This document shows positions 1-13,420 of a stretch of DNA of 64,000 bases, piece after piece. The notes below the pieces were generated by a model. It did not search any database. It was not told the DNA's origin and was given only the letters and a program-made list of their open reading frames with translations. Numbering within the stretch: position 1 is the first letter of the stretch; the number at the start of each line of letters is the position of its first letter. Position numbers and translations under genes: made by a program. Location: NCBI RefSeq assembly GCF_009914755.1, contig NC_060935.1; one strand, written 5' to 3'. The stretch comes from the human T2T-CHM13v2.0 reference genome, Homo sapiens.

Positions 1-789
1 GCCCGCCACATTTCATCAGCCTGCTTAGGACAGGGTTTTCCATTCACAAGTGCTTTATCACAGAGACATCTTGCTGCATCCTGAGAGTCCATGTGGATGA
101 TACAGCTAGGGAGGAAGACCCACGCTTTCTAATCTAATTTCTGATTTATTCTTGGACTACTGTGATATCAAAATGAGACTTTGTGAGGCTTTACAAGAAA
201 TGGCTATACTGTCAGGCGAAAAAAATTTAAATATTATAAGATGCGGAATAAAAACACTGTAGTGGCCCTTGGATTTGGACAACCCATGCTGCAGCAGAGA
301 TAATGTACATATTACTCTCACTTGCCTGTTGTGACAAGATGGCAAGGGAAATATGGGATATCCAACTTTGGAATATTGTGATTCATGACAGTGGAAACAC
401 AATTGAGAGAAATAATAAGTACTTTTTTGGCAAATAGGTAGAGAATATGTAAGACTTCAAGGTTCCTTGATGTCACATGCTTTTGATATTTGCAAGATTG
501 TAAACTGCTGTATCACAGAGACGATGTCTCCTTTGCATAGAACTCTCAAGTATACAATACAATATCTCACATATTAATTGATAGGTAAATAACATTTTCC
601 AAAGGAATTTACAAGGCTTAAAGTGAGCTAATACCTGTAGGGACTTCTTGGATTGCTAGGAAAAGAACATTGCCAGTGTATCTGCTCAAGAAAAGAAAGA
701 GTAGAGCCAGCAGCAACAAAGGGAGAAGTAATGACCTCCTTTAAATTGTGATGTAAAACCCCAGATCATCTGGTGTATTGATTAAGAAA

Positions 790-960
790 AGGAACTTTGG
801 AGTAAGAGACAGCTGGTTTCAAATGTTGGCTAGCATTTGTACTAGCTTTGTGATCTTGGGCAAATTACTTAATCTCTCTGAGCTTCTGTCCTTGGCTATG
901 CAATGGAGACTTCAATAGTTTCTGTCTCTAAGGCTTGCTGTGAGGGTGAAAGAAGATACT
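790..960 (+). mobile_element. MIR SINE
   Basis: MIR core-like actagctttgtgatcttgggcaaattacttaatctctctgagcttctgtc, followed by gctgtgagggtgaaagaagata. Confidence 0.8.
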
Positions 961-1118
961 ATATATTAATATTAAAAAGTTTTAACACATACATTTTTAA
1001 ATGTTACTATCTTATTTCTGTGACTGATATTATTACTTCCTACCCTTCTTCCTTTGAAATGTTACACAATCCAAAATTATCTCCTAATTTGCTTCAGTTT
1101 AAAAATTTTTTAAAAATT

Positions 1119-1459
<341 letters not shown>

Positions 1460-1989
1460 TTAAGTGGTTGAAACTCAATTCTCTAAAAGCTTAGTTAGGA
1501 TTCCATGTGAAAGTATGCTTAAGTAAGCATGCTTAGCATATATAAATAGTGGTTAAAAGATAAACTCCCAATATTAGCCAAGATCGACACAGATATCTTA
1601 TTTGCATGTATAACTCCTCAGACTTCTACTCACAAGTCTTTGCTCATAATGACACTTGTCCTTTAATCCTTAAGCTAGTGAAGTTTAAGAATTGGATATT
1701 GTCATATGGACAGAAGTAAACTGAAACATCTATTCAATGCTCAAGAATGAGAATGACAAATCCACTCTTAATTTCCAAATCCTCTTGAACATTGATAAAT
1801 ATTTGGAGCAGGAAAAAAAGTAAACACCACGTCATCTTTACCCTGGGCTCTCAAGCTAGGCTGCCCAACTGAATTGTCCTGGGACCTTTCAAAAAAAAAA
1901 TATAATGAATCTTTGCCTTTTTCAAACAAGTATATCTCTCTTAAAGTTGTAGCAGTAAGAAGTGGTAGTGTTAATAGTGAGAGTTAATA

Positions 1990-2115
1990 TTGACTGGCTC
2001 TCTCACTAGCTGTGTGTTTCTGGGAAAGTTATGTAACCTCACTAAGAAATTTATAAAATATTAATAATAATATAACTATCACATAGTGTTGTTAGGAGGA
2101 TCAAATAACTCAATG
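1990..2115 (+). mobile_element. MIR fragment
   Basis: tctcactagctgtgtgtttctgggaaagttatgtaacctc...gttgttaggaggatcaaataa. Confidence 0.65.
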
Positions 2116-2480
2116 CCTAGTCTGTGCTTACCTCTGTGTCTAATACAGAGTACCCATCACTGTCCACTGCCATTCTTGTTATGCTTCAGGAACCTGAGGT
2201 GGTTGACTCTCTCAACGCCTGGAAATGTTTCTAAGAAAGCAAGAATCATATCCTTACAGAAATCAATGGCATTAGCAAAATATCAGTTCAAGAGATTGTA
2301 ACTCTCCCCTTGTTTTTGACTCTTAGCAACAGATTAGTACCAGACATGAAATTGAGCAGGCAAGTACTTAAGATGGATTTTTTCGATAACTGGCAATCTC
2401 AATACAAAGCTGAGGTTTCTGTTTCATTATGTTTGAGTGACCTTGAAGGAAAGGGATTCATAAGTGATTTTTAAGACACC

Positions 2481-2485
2481 AAAAA

Positions 2486-2518
<33 letters not shown>

Positions 2519-2521
2519 AAA
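2481..2521 (+). repeat. Poly(A)/A-rich simple repeat
   Basis: Long A run followed by GAAA/GAAAA units. Confidence 0.95.
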
Positions 2522-3619
2522 CTGAATCCTTCCACCCATTTCTCTCTCCACTTTTCAAATTAAAAGCTTCTCTGCCTTTTGTACCAAAAGTCCCATTTTT
2601 CTCCAAATTAAGTGTACCCAATCTGAATCCTAGTGTATCAAATGTCAGGTTCTCCATTAAAACAGTAAAACACAATTTTAAATTTACTCTTCAATACTTC
2701 AAAATAAAGCATGTGCTTCCACTAACACTTTATGCCTTATTTTCATTATTTCAAAGAACAATAGATGTGTTATAAAGTTGCATTATTTAAGTAAAAATCA
2801 AGGCTATTTGCTTGGGCTGAAATTATATCACTACACTATGCTGATATAAATCATTGTGTTCATTACCATTCTATTTAGCACTTATATATTGTATTATATA
2901 TTGTTGTATAACAAAAGCTGTTGTTATTTAATAAAAGCACTTGTGCAATAAACAAACACTTTTAAATCATGGGATTTATTGGTGCAAAAATATTGTAAAA
3001 CGTTGCTATAAAGGTTTTAGAACTTTAATTTTTAAATATTTTAAGACCATATTTAAGACAGGTAGCATGTTCCTTTCATTTGAATTATAAATTTAAGCTT
3101 TAATTGACATTTTAGGAATCTAAAATATTCAGTTCAAATTATGATAAGAATAGCTATATTTTTAATATGAAAAGAGTTTTAAATTTCTTTTCTTTGTGCT
3201 TTCTTACAGGCATGGTGACTTTGTGGTTCAGGATCTATTTTTAAGATGAGCAAAATGCAGTTCAAAGCAGCTAAAAACTGCTATGGTGACTTCCATCCCC
3301 TCCAAAAGACTAACTTTATAAGATGTTATTAAAAGTTTCATTTTTTTTCAAAAAAGTTTACTGCTAAAGTTTGACTGCTGTCGATGTATGGAATAAAGCC
3401 AAACAAGATTAATAAGTCTGCAGGGAAATAGATATGAGTCTTTTTTTTTTTTTCAGAGTTGTGGAACTCACTAACATTGTTTCTTCAGAAAAATGTAGCA
3501 TGCAATTTTTAAGTCAGGAATATTGGTGACAACATTCTTTGTACAATTCTACTCCTTCTTCATTAGTCTGCCATTCCTGCACCAGAAGAATGTGTCCTGG
3601 AATTGTAAACATGAACATG

Positions 3620-3960
3620 GAATAAATTGCACCACCATCTCATTACTGTCACAAACCGGAAATCTGGACATCACCCTTAACAGATTCCCTCTTCTCATTT
3701 TTAAGTTAATCATTGCATTTTTCTGAATCTCTCTATGAAATATCAGTCTCGTTTTTCCATTTTTCCCCATTCCTACTGCCAATACCATAGCTGAATCCAC
3801 GCCCATTTCAGTTTCTGAACATCTGGGCTAGCTCAATCTCCAAAACATATTTTACTTAGCAGTTGGAGTGACATTGTTAAAAACACAAATGTAAATCAAT
3901 TATCCCTACCCAGCTCCACCAAACATACACATAAAACTGTCAAAACCTTCAATGGTCATG
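3620..3960 (+). mobile_element. L2 LINE fragment
   Basis: accaccatctcattactgtcacaaaccggaaatctggacatcaccctt...ccattcctactgccaataccatag...caaaaccttcaatgg resemble L2 3' region. Confidence 0.65.
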
Positions 3961-4055
3961 AGCATTTCCAACTTGTTTAATTGTTTCTCTAATATCTTGT
4001 AGTTCTCCTTCATCATCTTCATTGCAATTGCAATTAATTTGGTATATGTTAGTAA

Positions 4056-4177
4056 TTTTTTTAAGGGACAGGATTTTGCGATATTACCCAGGCTGGTTTT
4101 GAATTCCTGGCCTCAAGCAATAATCCCACCTCAGCCTCCAAAGTAGCTGGAACTACAGGTTCTTGCCACTACTCCCA
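4056..4177 (-). mobile_element. Alu monomer (FLAM-like)
   Basis: cccaggctggttttgaattcctggcctcaagcaataatcccacctcagcctccaaagtagctggaactacagg is an antisense left-monomer-type Alu with T tail. Confidence 0.85.
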
Positions 4178-4229
4178 TTAATTATGTTAATGATGATTGT
4201 AATAAATCTCTTCTCAGTGCTGTAATTGT

Positions 4230-4435
4230 TAAGTCAGACCATCTGAATTCAAAAGCTATTTGTGCCCTTTATAAGTTTAATAAACTTGGGATGTGCTTGA
4301 CTTCTCTAAAACTCAGTTTCTTCATCTGCAAAACAAGAACATAATCAGTCCTAATACATAAGTGATTGTTAACATTAAATAATGTGTTGGAAAAAGTCTT
4401 AAGTGTCTGATAAGTCTTTAGTAAATATTAGCTAT
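4230..4435 (+). mobile_element. MIR SINE
   Basis: ttgacttctctaaaactcagtttcttcatctgcaaaac is MIR core. Confidence 0.75.
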
Positions 4436-6584
4436 CAATTATTTGACTATATAAGTTGTTTGAGGGCATTTTATCTCTTGTTCATACCAATGAACAAATA
4501 AGTGAATGACTTATTTATTAGAGCGCTAAGTTAACGAAAGTATTCAGTCACAAAGAACAGAATACACATTAGCTGATTTAAGCAGAAAGGATTTATTATA
4601 AGGTTGTAAATGGCTTGCAAAATCATTGGACAGGCAGACAAAATAGACCATCTACCCTTTTGAAAACTCCTAATGAAGCAAGAACATGGAATTTGGACTT
4701 GAAGGAAGTTTATGAATCTTTAATAATCAGAAATTGAGTCCCAAATAAGTAATTTACTTGCTCAACCAGCAAAAATATCAGAGCAATGAGTTGATCCAGG
4801 TCTGAGTCTAAAGCAAATAATTAAATAATTCAGACCTTGGCTTCTTCATCTCAAAAACAGCAAAATAATGCCTATTTCCTATTTTCTTGTTTTTGATTTT
4901 TTAAGAAAATATTAAAGGAGATTGTATGTAATATGTCTAATGACATGCTGTGGCAAATATCAGTAAAGAATTATAGTTGTCATTATTATTAACCTCATTG
5001 GTATTAACCTGGCTCTTTTCCATAGCCATCAACTGTATCAATTATACAAACCAATGTCCTTAAAAATAGTCACCAGGTGGCTTCCTTGAAAAGTGAAAAT
5101 AATTTGAAAATGTTGAGGCAGTGATGTCATCTTTGAATTTAAAATCTGATTCAAGAACCATACTCTACTCTCAAAGTGATAAGTTGAGGAGAAAAGCAAA
5201 AGTTTAAAAAGTTAAATGGTTATCTTTAATAGGACACTGGTAATTGATTCCTTATTTACCCCAAAGTTTAAATAAGTAATAATTTGAATAGATCAGAGAG
5301 GAAATGAGTTAGAAGAAAAAACTGAACTGTGGCTGAAGCTAAATCCTGAAAGAGACTATCCACAAAATGGAGATTACCTCCAATACTAATGTACATTTAT
5401 TTGAGGGCTTGACTTGCAGAAGGAAGAGTCTAGATAAGAAATTATCTCCTTTTTCTCTTAGATTTAGATAACCGAAACATAGAAAACTATTTAAGAGATA
5501 CATAATATTCCCAAGCTATGTTCAATCAGGCTACTTACCAAAACAGTCTAACCCACACATACGTCTTTGAAAGTAGTTATACATCCATCTTGTGTATAAG
5601 TATTTATATATTAACATAAAATTCCACATTTCTAGTAGAATGTATTATATCTCAGAAAATAAATGTAGGGTCCCCATAGACCAGGAACTATTGCATCCCA
5701 GCTCCAGTCAATAGAGATTTAACAGAGTTTCTTGTTCACTTTCTATACTTAAGAACTTAAATATGTGGGTTTGCATGTTTATATCCTTATATATGGCATT
5801 TGATAATTATGGATTTGAAAACAAGTAATTCTTCCCAGTGGCCACTTGATCGGTAGTCTAGAGTAAACAAGCAAGAAAAATAAAGCAAGCAGAATAGCTC
5901 TTAAAGGTGCCAATTATTGTCATGGCACCAATGATGCTTTTAGAAAAATCCATCATTACTCCAGGTAATGACTGGAGAGTAAGACTACAGATGACTTTGG
6001 CTTTGGTCCAGAAAATTCAGGACATTAACTGAGGAATTGACCATTAATCCCAGGTAATGTAAAGGCCAGTTTTCATAGGATCATTGCTCAAGCAATCTTC
6101 TATTCAACGTAAGTGCAGGTCAGATTGCTAAATCTATAATTTTTGTAAAAAAAAAATTGGTGCATTTTTACAAATAACCTGACTTGGTGTCAGTTAATTC
6201 AATTTATTTTTCTTAATACAGAGTTGAATATCTCCCAGATGTATATCTGACATATAATTTACAATGTTTGGGTGATGTATTTTTAGCTATTTCTTGTAAA
6301 TATCAATGCCTTATCTATCCACAACCTGAATTTATTATAAATTATGTCGAAACGATAATAGATGTGTTGTCAAGGTCATCAGGGGTCTTTAAAGAAAAAT
6401 ATAGATTTCTAATTTTTAGTAATATAAATTATCATAATCATGTGATAAATATTGTGCACTTAGAAGTGATCACTGGGAATTGAAATACTATGCTAATATA
6501 TACAGTTATTTTCAAAGAATAAGGTGATTGGAAACAATTTAATAGTAAGAATAGAATATTGATATTCAAAAAAAATTCATGGAA

Positions 6585-6975
6585 AGACTAAATGTCCAAA
6601 TATAGGAGCTATTTTACTATATTTAGGGAAAGGAATAGTATTGAGTGATTGAAAATGATGCTGCAAGGAAAGCCTGATTGACTTTGGAAAATGTTTGCAA
6701 TATATCATTAAGTGAAAAGTCAGTGCCAGAAGAATGTGCATAATATGAGTTATATAGGGAGAGATATAAAGAGTATGCATGGTATGTGAGAGGAGAGAGA
6801 AACAGAGAGAGGGAGTAATGAACAACATCTGGAAAAATTATACATCATGGTGTTCACATCTCACAGCGTTTATTTCTTGGGTAAATGTAAGAATTATGTG
6901 TTCTAGTTTGTTGTTTATTTTTGGTTTTATCTCTGTTTTCTCATTTCCTATATTGAGCATGCACTGCATTTAAAA
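6585..6975 (+). mobile_element. Old L1M (L1ME-like) 3' fragment
   Basis: ctaaatgtccaaatatagg...ggaaaatgtttgcaatatatcattaagtgaaaa...tctggaaaaattatacatc, typical of ancient L1 3' UTR. Confidence 0.55.
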
Positions 6976-7156
6976 AAAATAAAGACACAAACATATTTTA
7001 GTTTCAAAAAGATTGATATGCTTGATATTTTTCATCAATAATTAAGAAATATCACATTTCTGAGGGCACAAGACAAACTTACCCAAATGAATTTTTCTAC
7101 CACTGACTAATGCAGCTACTTTGTCCTGGGTATCTGCCACTTAGTAGCAAATGTGT

Positions 7157-7532
7157 TAAAATGGTTTGGCTCTATGTCCCCACCCAAATCTCACCTCGAA
7201 TTGTAATCCCCATAATCCCCACATGTTGAAGGAGGGACCAGGTGAGAAGGTGATTGCATCTTGGGGGCAGTTTCCCCTATGATGTTCCTGCGATAGTGAG
7301 TTCTCAAAAGATCTGAGGGTTTTATAAGGCAGTTATCCCTGCTCTTACTAGCTCTCTCTTTCCAGTCACCACGTGAAGAAGGTCTTTGTTTTCCCTTTGC
7401 CTTCCATCATGATTGTAAGTTTCCTGAGGCCTCCTCAGCCAGGCAGAACTGTGAGTCTTTTAAAATGTTTTTGTTTATAAATTACCCAGTCTCAGGCAGT
7501 TCTTTATAGCATTGTGAAAACAGACTAATCTG
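7157..7532 (+). mobile_element. THE1D-like MaLR solo LTR
   Basis: atggtttggctctatgtccccacccaaatctcacctcgaattgtaatcccc...catgattgtaagtttcctgaggcctc...aattacccagtctcaggcagttctttatagc...gactaat. Confidence 0.93.
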
Positions 7533-7669
7533 CATATTAATCATTAACTTGCAGCACAAGAAAGAAAAAAGCATTGAATGAGCAGCTGTTGCTGAGGATC
7601 CTTTTGTGTTGCCAAAACTGAGATGGCACACTGGTCAACTTTAGACCAGAGATGTAATACTACTATTTA

Positions 7670-7790
7670 CACTAAACTGTCTCTGTTGTCTATGTAATAC
7701 TATTATTACATAATAATACATTACTTTATAGTATTTCATTATATTATTACATAATACTATTATTAGATAGATAATAGAGGCAGTTTAGTG
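7670..7790. repeat. Imperfect inverted repeat (~120-bp hairpin)
   Basis: cactaaactgtctctgttgtcta (7670-7692) pairs with tagataatagaggcagtttagtg (7768-7790); AT-rich inner arms continue pairing imperfectly. Confidence 0.85.
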
Positions 7791-10360
7791 ATATGTTTCA
7801 TTAAACATATATAATGATATGTATAATTAAAATTGAAAATACAGAAATGGAAGACGCTTTCTCTGGAGAATGACCATATGCCATTAAAAATAAGAAGAAT
7901 CACCTTTAGGTTAACTACTAAACACTAAGCAGTAAACAAATTGCTTATGGCTAAAATAATTAAATAATTATCCTAATGACACCAGCAGACAAGGAGTAGA
8001 CAAAACTCGAAATCAGGAATCTCTAACTCTACCACTCTTACTCTTCTCATTCTTTTAGAATGAGGAAAAAGGTAAATGTCTTAGGGACATTCCTGCAAAC
8101 TTTGATCTTTATGGACATTGCACAACAGATCCCATGTTATTCTCAATAAATAAAAAAGTATACCTTGACTACTATTTGAGCAAAACTTAGGAGTCTAAAT
8201 ACCCTACAATAAAAGTATAATAAATAGACATTCACGTAATGAGATATGTACATCATATACCCATTATGATTTTAAGATTTTGTAATGACAAATATTTCTT
8301 CTATTTTTATTAATAATAGTTAACATTTTTGAACACTAACCAGGTGGCTGGCGTGTAATTTAAGTTGGACCAATGTCCTGTGAGTTAGATCCTATTATTA
8401 GCCTATCTTGTGGATGAGCTTAGTAATGTATGCAAGTTCTCACAATTGGAAAATAGAATTTGAGGAGTAGAAAATCAATGGGATACAATATTGCCTATAA
8501 GGAATTATCATAGTTGCATTAAATATGCAGAATAAAGATTGAGATAAAAATATACAAATATAATTATAGTAGAAGCCCCTGGGTGGTGGGACTTAAGTAT
8601 TATCACCATTTTCATTATTTTAAGTATTTTTTTACAATAAAAACGTATTATTTGGTTGAATTATAAAATAATTTTTATTTTTTGTAGGCTAGAAATGTTT
8701 GAATATTGCCATTTTTTGTATGGTTCAATCTGATTTTATGATAAAGGTTATTTTATTTAAAGTTCATATGTATCTAATCTCACTCACTGTTCTTTGTTAT
8801 CTTGGAGGCATCAGGCATTAAAGAAAAATAAGTCTCGGAGGAAGTAGACGATGAGAAAGTAAGCTTTCCACACCAAATTACTATTACTTATTCTCTGTGA
8901 ATATTACACAGTGCCTCATTAGTGCTCTATGCCACAGGCACTTAATCACTGTTACCCCTGACAGGGCTGAAAATGGCACTGTTGACTGTAGTAAACTCTC
9001 AACAACTATTTGTACAGTGAATGATCAACATCTTTTCAGGGCTAATTGCATCAAAAGACTATAATATGGCATTTCTTAGTCCAGGCAGAATAATCCTAGG
9101 CATTCTCTTGAGCCAGTGTACTCTGAGATTCCTTGGGGGAATAATATAATTGGAAGATGAAAGAAACCAATGATGCTGCCTCTAATCCACTGATTCTGCC
9201 AATGTTGAATTACTCCCTCTGGCTCATAACCAACTGTACTGTCCAGTATTATTTCTATGCATAACTCAGACAGACAATATCCTGCTTTTAGTCTAACTAC
9301 AACATTAATAAAGAGACTGAGCATCCAGACTTGAAATTAGTAAAGCAGTGAGTTAGAGTAAACCTTCAGAATGCTGTTTATTGTTATGCCTCATGGCATG
9401 CAATGATGAAATATATACATTTATTAGCATGAAAATTATAAGATGTTCTTTTAACTCTAGAATAAAGAGAAATGAGCAGTATGACTGGAATCCTCTGTAA
9501 TGTTTTATACACATTACATGTATTAATATATGGAAAGTACTTCATCAATTTCTAGAACATAGTGTATATCTGAATTAACAGTAGTAACGGTATTCTGTTT
9601 CTTCGAAAATATACACACCCATAGAGTAATCTGTTGATAATAGTTATTTTCATTTATTTATATAAGAACTTAAATAGTATGTAATCAGCTCCACAAAACT
9701 ACTTTAACTCAAAGTCCCAACTCCTCTGTTCTTTAATAATTTTCCATCCATCTTTCAAAGGAAAAAGAATGATAAAGAGATGTATGCAAAACAGACACAT
9801 GTAGCCAAAGGCAAGTCTAATACTTACACTGATTGTTCATCAGCAGCATGTCTGAATATAACACCAAAAGGTAATACTTTCCTTCATAACTGTATTCAGA
9901 GAATGAATACAACTTGCAGCAGCAACAATTTGTGAGCCAATTAAAACACTATCACATTTATGGTGGCAGCACACAAATTCAGAAATTGTCCTGAACTCTT
10001 AGTATCTTTTGGCCTAATTTTTTTGTTATTCTTCATCTCTCCTCTACTGTAAATACTTGGAAGTGGAATATGTATACTATTTGCTCTTTATTCTTTCTTC
10101 TAGATTATTTCTCTTTATCCTCTCTTGAAAACACTGGGCCCTTTGAACAGCGTGCCATACAGCTACACTGTCCACATATCTCTGTGGTAGCTGTTTCCAT
10201 TTTCTCCCAGAGAAACCTCTTACTGGGTTCCCCATTGCTTCCATTCTGGAAACATTATGGCCATTTACCTGCATATAATGAGATACTTTAAAATGTATAT
10301 TTGATGCTCCAAATCATTAGTGGTTTTCCACAACCTTTGGGGATAAAAAAGTAACAGACC

Positions 10361-10677
10361 GGCCGGGCCCGGTGGATCACATCTATAATCCCAGCACTTT
10401 GGGAGACCAAGGCGGGCGGATCACAAGGTCAGGAGATCGAGACCATCCTGGCTAACATGATGAAACCCCGTCTCCACCAAAAAAAAAAAAAAAAAAAAAA
10501 AACACACAAAAATAGCCAGGTGTAGTGGCATGTGCCTGTAGTCCCAGCTACTCAGGAGGCTGAGGCAGGAGAATTGCTTGAACCCGGGAGACGGAGGTTG
10601 CAGTGAGCCGTGATCACGAGATCACACCACTGCACTCCAGCCTGGCGACAGAGCGAGACTCCGTATCGGGGGAAAAA
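10361..10677 (+). mobile_element. Full-length Alu, AluSc/Sc8-like
   Basis: ggatcacaaggtcaggagatcgagaccatcctggctaac and cctggcgacag (Sc-type); TSD aaaaaagtaacagacc (10345-10360) / aaaaaagtgacagact (10678-10693). Confidence 0.97.
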
Positions 10678-10840
10678 AAAAAAGTGACAGACTTGACTCT
10701 CTTCCTTTTATCTCAAAAGCACTTCCTCTTATTGACTCCAAATCAACTATATTCTCCTTAAAGCTAGTTTCTGCTTCAGGACCTTTGCACTTGCTGTTAG
10801 CTGTGACTAGAATGTCCTGGCCTTTAAAGAGCACCTACTG

Positions 10841-11107
<267 letters not shown>

Positions 11108-11575
11108 CTACTGAGAGAACTCTTCTTTAATGATCCTGTGTGAATAGCTATCTATTAACCCCATATAATATTTTATGTTTCTTCATAATACTCACTGTTC
11201 TTATCACTATTTAGTGTATATTATATACTTTTCTTTCTTATCTTTATGTTTTTCACATTAAAATGTAAGCCCTATACAAGATCAAAGCATTTATCTTTCT
11301 TGTCAATGGGTCCATCTCTCTTACCTAGAATGGTGACTAGCACATAACAGATGCTCATCAATATTTATTGAATAGATAATTTTTTAAACTAGGTGAAAAA
11401 AATCACAGAGCTTGTTACAGATGATCCCTATTTCATTCTGTCTAAAAAGGTAGAGCTTAAAGACAGAGTTTCATGACTTTAAAATACATCTCTGACTTTT
11501 CTTTGGTATTTTCATCTGAGTGCATTAAAAAAATTTAGATTTTCTATGTCAATTAAGAGCAGGAAAATGGGGAGA

Positions 11576-11948
11576 TGTATTAGTCTGTTTTCACACTGCT
11601 ATGAAAATACTATCTGAGACTGGGTAATTTATCAACAAAAGAGGTTTAATTGACTCACAGTTCTGCATAGCTGGGAAGGCCTTAGGAAACTTACAATCCT
11701 GGAGGAAGGTGAAGGGGAAGCAGGCACCTTCCTCACATGGAGGCTGGAGAGAGAGAGAGCGCACAACGAGCAAGTGCCTCACTTTTAAACCATCAGATCT
11801 TGTGAGAACTCACTCAGTATGACAAGAACAGCATGGGGGAAAATCCACCCCCATAATCCAATCACCTCCCACCAAGTCCCTCCCTCAAGACATCGGGATT
11901 ACAATTCTAGATAAGATTTGGGTGGGGACACAGAGTCAAACTGTATTA
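11576..11948 (-). mobile_element. THE1D-like MaLR solo LTR
   Basis: tgtattagtctgttttcacactgctat...ctgagactgggtaattta...gatttgggtggggacacagagtcaaactgtatta; 5-bp TSD ggaga/ggagg. Confidence 0.95.
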
Positions 11949-13289
11949 GGAGGGGTACTTAATACCTACCTTTTGTGTCTTATAAAGGATAATTTCATAG
12001 AGCAGAAAAAACATGTAAGTCTCTTTCACCAGAACTCTTCTCCATGGGAAGAAAGGTAACTTATGATTGGAAGAGGAAACATGGAACCCATGGTTCAGTG
12101 CACTTTGACAATATTCATTTGGACCTGCCTTTTTCTGAGTGTTCTTTTATGATTTTCTTTCCTACAGAGGCATAGCCTCTTTCTAACCCTGGGATAGAAG
12201 TGGGAGTTGGAGTGGAAGGTTAAGAAGGAATATATAATCATATCTGTAACCAAGTAATTAAGTCTCTTTAATTCAGGAATTTGGGTTTTACATTAGAAAG
12301 TCAGGTTTTCACTGCAGGTGAAGACATATTCTCCAAATGAGCTTTATTAGTGATAACGGTGGTGTTTTGATTTCCATCTGTCTGACTCATGTGTGAGTTT
12401 TTAATTGATTCAAACCTCAAGGTGAGGAGTGGTCAACAATTAATTTTTGCGCCTAAAACCCAAACACACATATGTTAACTACCGCTGTGCTAGAGTATTT
12501 CCTCCTGTAAGCATAGTTATTCACTCAACACTGAATGAGAGCCTACTAAGTTTAGTAGTATTAAGTATTATAGATAAATATTATGGAAATAATAGATATA
12601 GTATTAAGTAGTATGGACAAAAAAATAAGATATAGTATTAACCTGATGGAATTCATGTTCTAGAGGTCAATGAAATGAACTCTAACTCTAATCGACATTA
12701 TAATATATATAGGGGCACACTCATTTGAATATATTTACAAAGCACAGAATTACATTTTTTCATAAATTAGATTATTAACATTCTTTTGCATTTTGTGGTT
12801 CTTCACCTTATTATCCCAGGCCATGCAGGTCAAGGATAATAATGTGATTCAAACACCATTAAACTTTAATATTACCCTTTCTTTTGTAAGGGAAAAAAAT
12901 ACACCACCAATTAATAAGCATGAAGTAATTCAGAAGCAGACACAAAGATCACTTCAGAGCCATCAATCCCATCAGAGAAGCCAGGAGACCAGTCATCAGT
13001 CAGACTTTAATCAGCAGCAATGGATGGAATAAAAATGAACAGCATTCTGGGGATAATTGTTGAGATTATATGCTTTCTCCTGAGATCATTCGTCTCATTG
13101 GCAGCAATTGAGTTGGTGCTTCTTTGTGTTTATAGTAAACATATTTTTAAGAATAAAAAAGGAGATAGGGAGTAAGAAAGGGAAACAGAAGATAAAGGAG
13201 GGAGAAAGAAGAGAGGCCAGGAGGAAGTGTCCTGTTTGCTGCCCTGAAATATACAATGTGAATGCAAACGGCAAAGATGGAGGGACTTG

Positions 13290-13420
13290 GACTGAGTGTT
13301 AGAAAGAGGTTGTAGCATCCTATAAGGTAAAGCTTTGTAAGTCCTAGTAAAAGATTTTGACTCCATCCAAAGAGCAAAGAAGAGCCACTGAAAGATTTTA
13401 TCTACAGGACTGTTGTACTC
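13290..13420 (-). mobile_element. L2 fragment
   Basis: gctttgtaagtcctagtaaaagattttgactccatccaaagagcaaagaagagccactgaaagatttta. Confidence 0.6.

Noticed and set aside
2481-2521. Solo poly(A) retro-insertion or processed-pseudogene tail
   Set aside because: No flanking TSD, no upstream AATAAA at the right distance, and no recognisable element body.
5069-5085. CTCF-like site tcaccaggtggct
   Set aside because: Only a partial core match, expected by chance in 64 kb and unsupported without data.
5953-6060. Small ctccag/ctggag hairpin and repeated catta..ccaggtaatg motif
   Set aside because: Short stem and a two-copy imperfect repeat, within chance expectation. The same applies to the 8-bp stems near 8046 and 9891.
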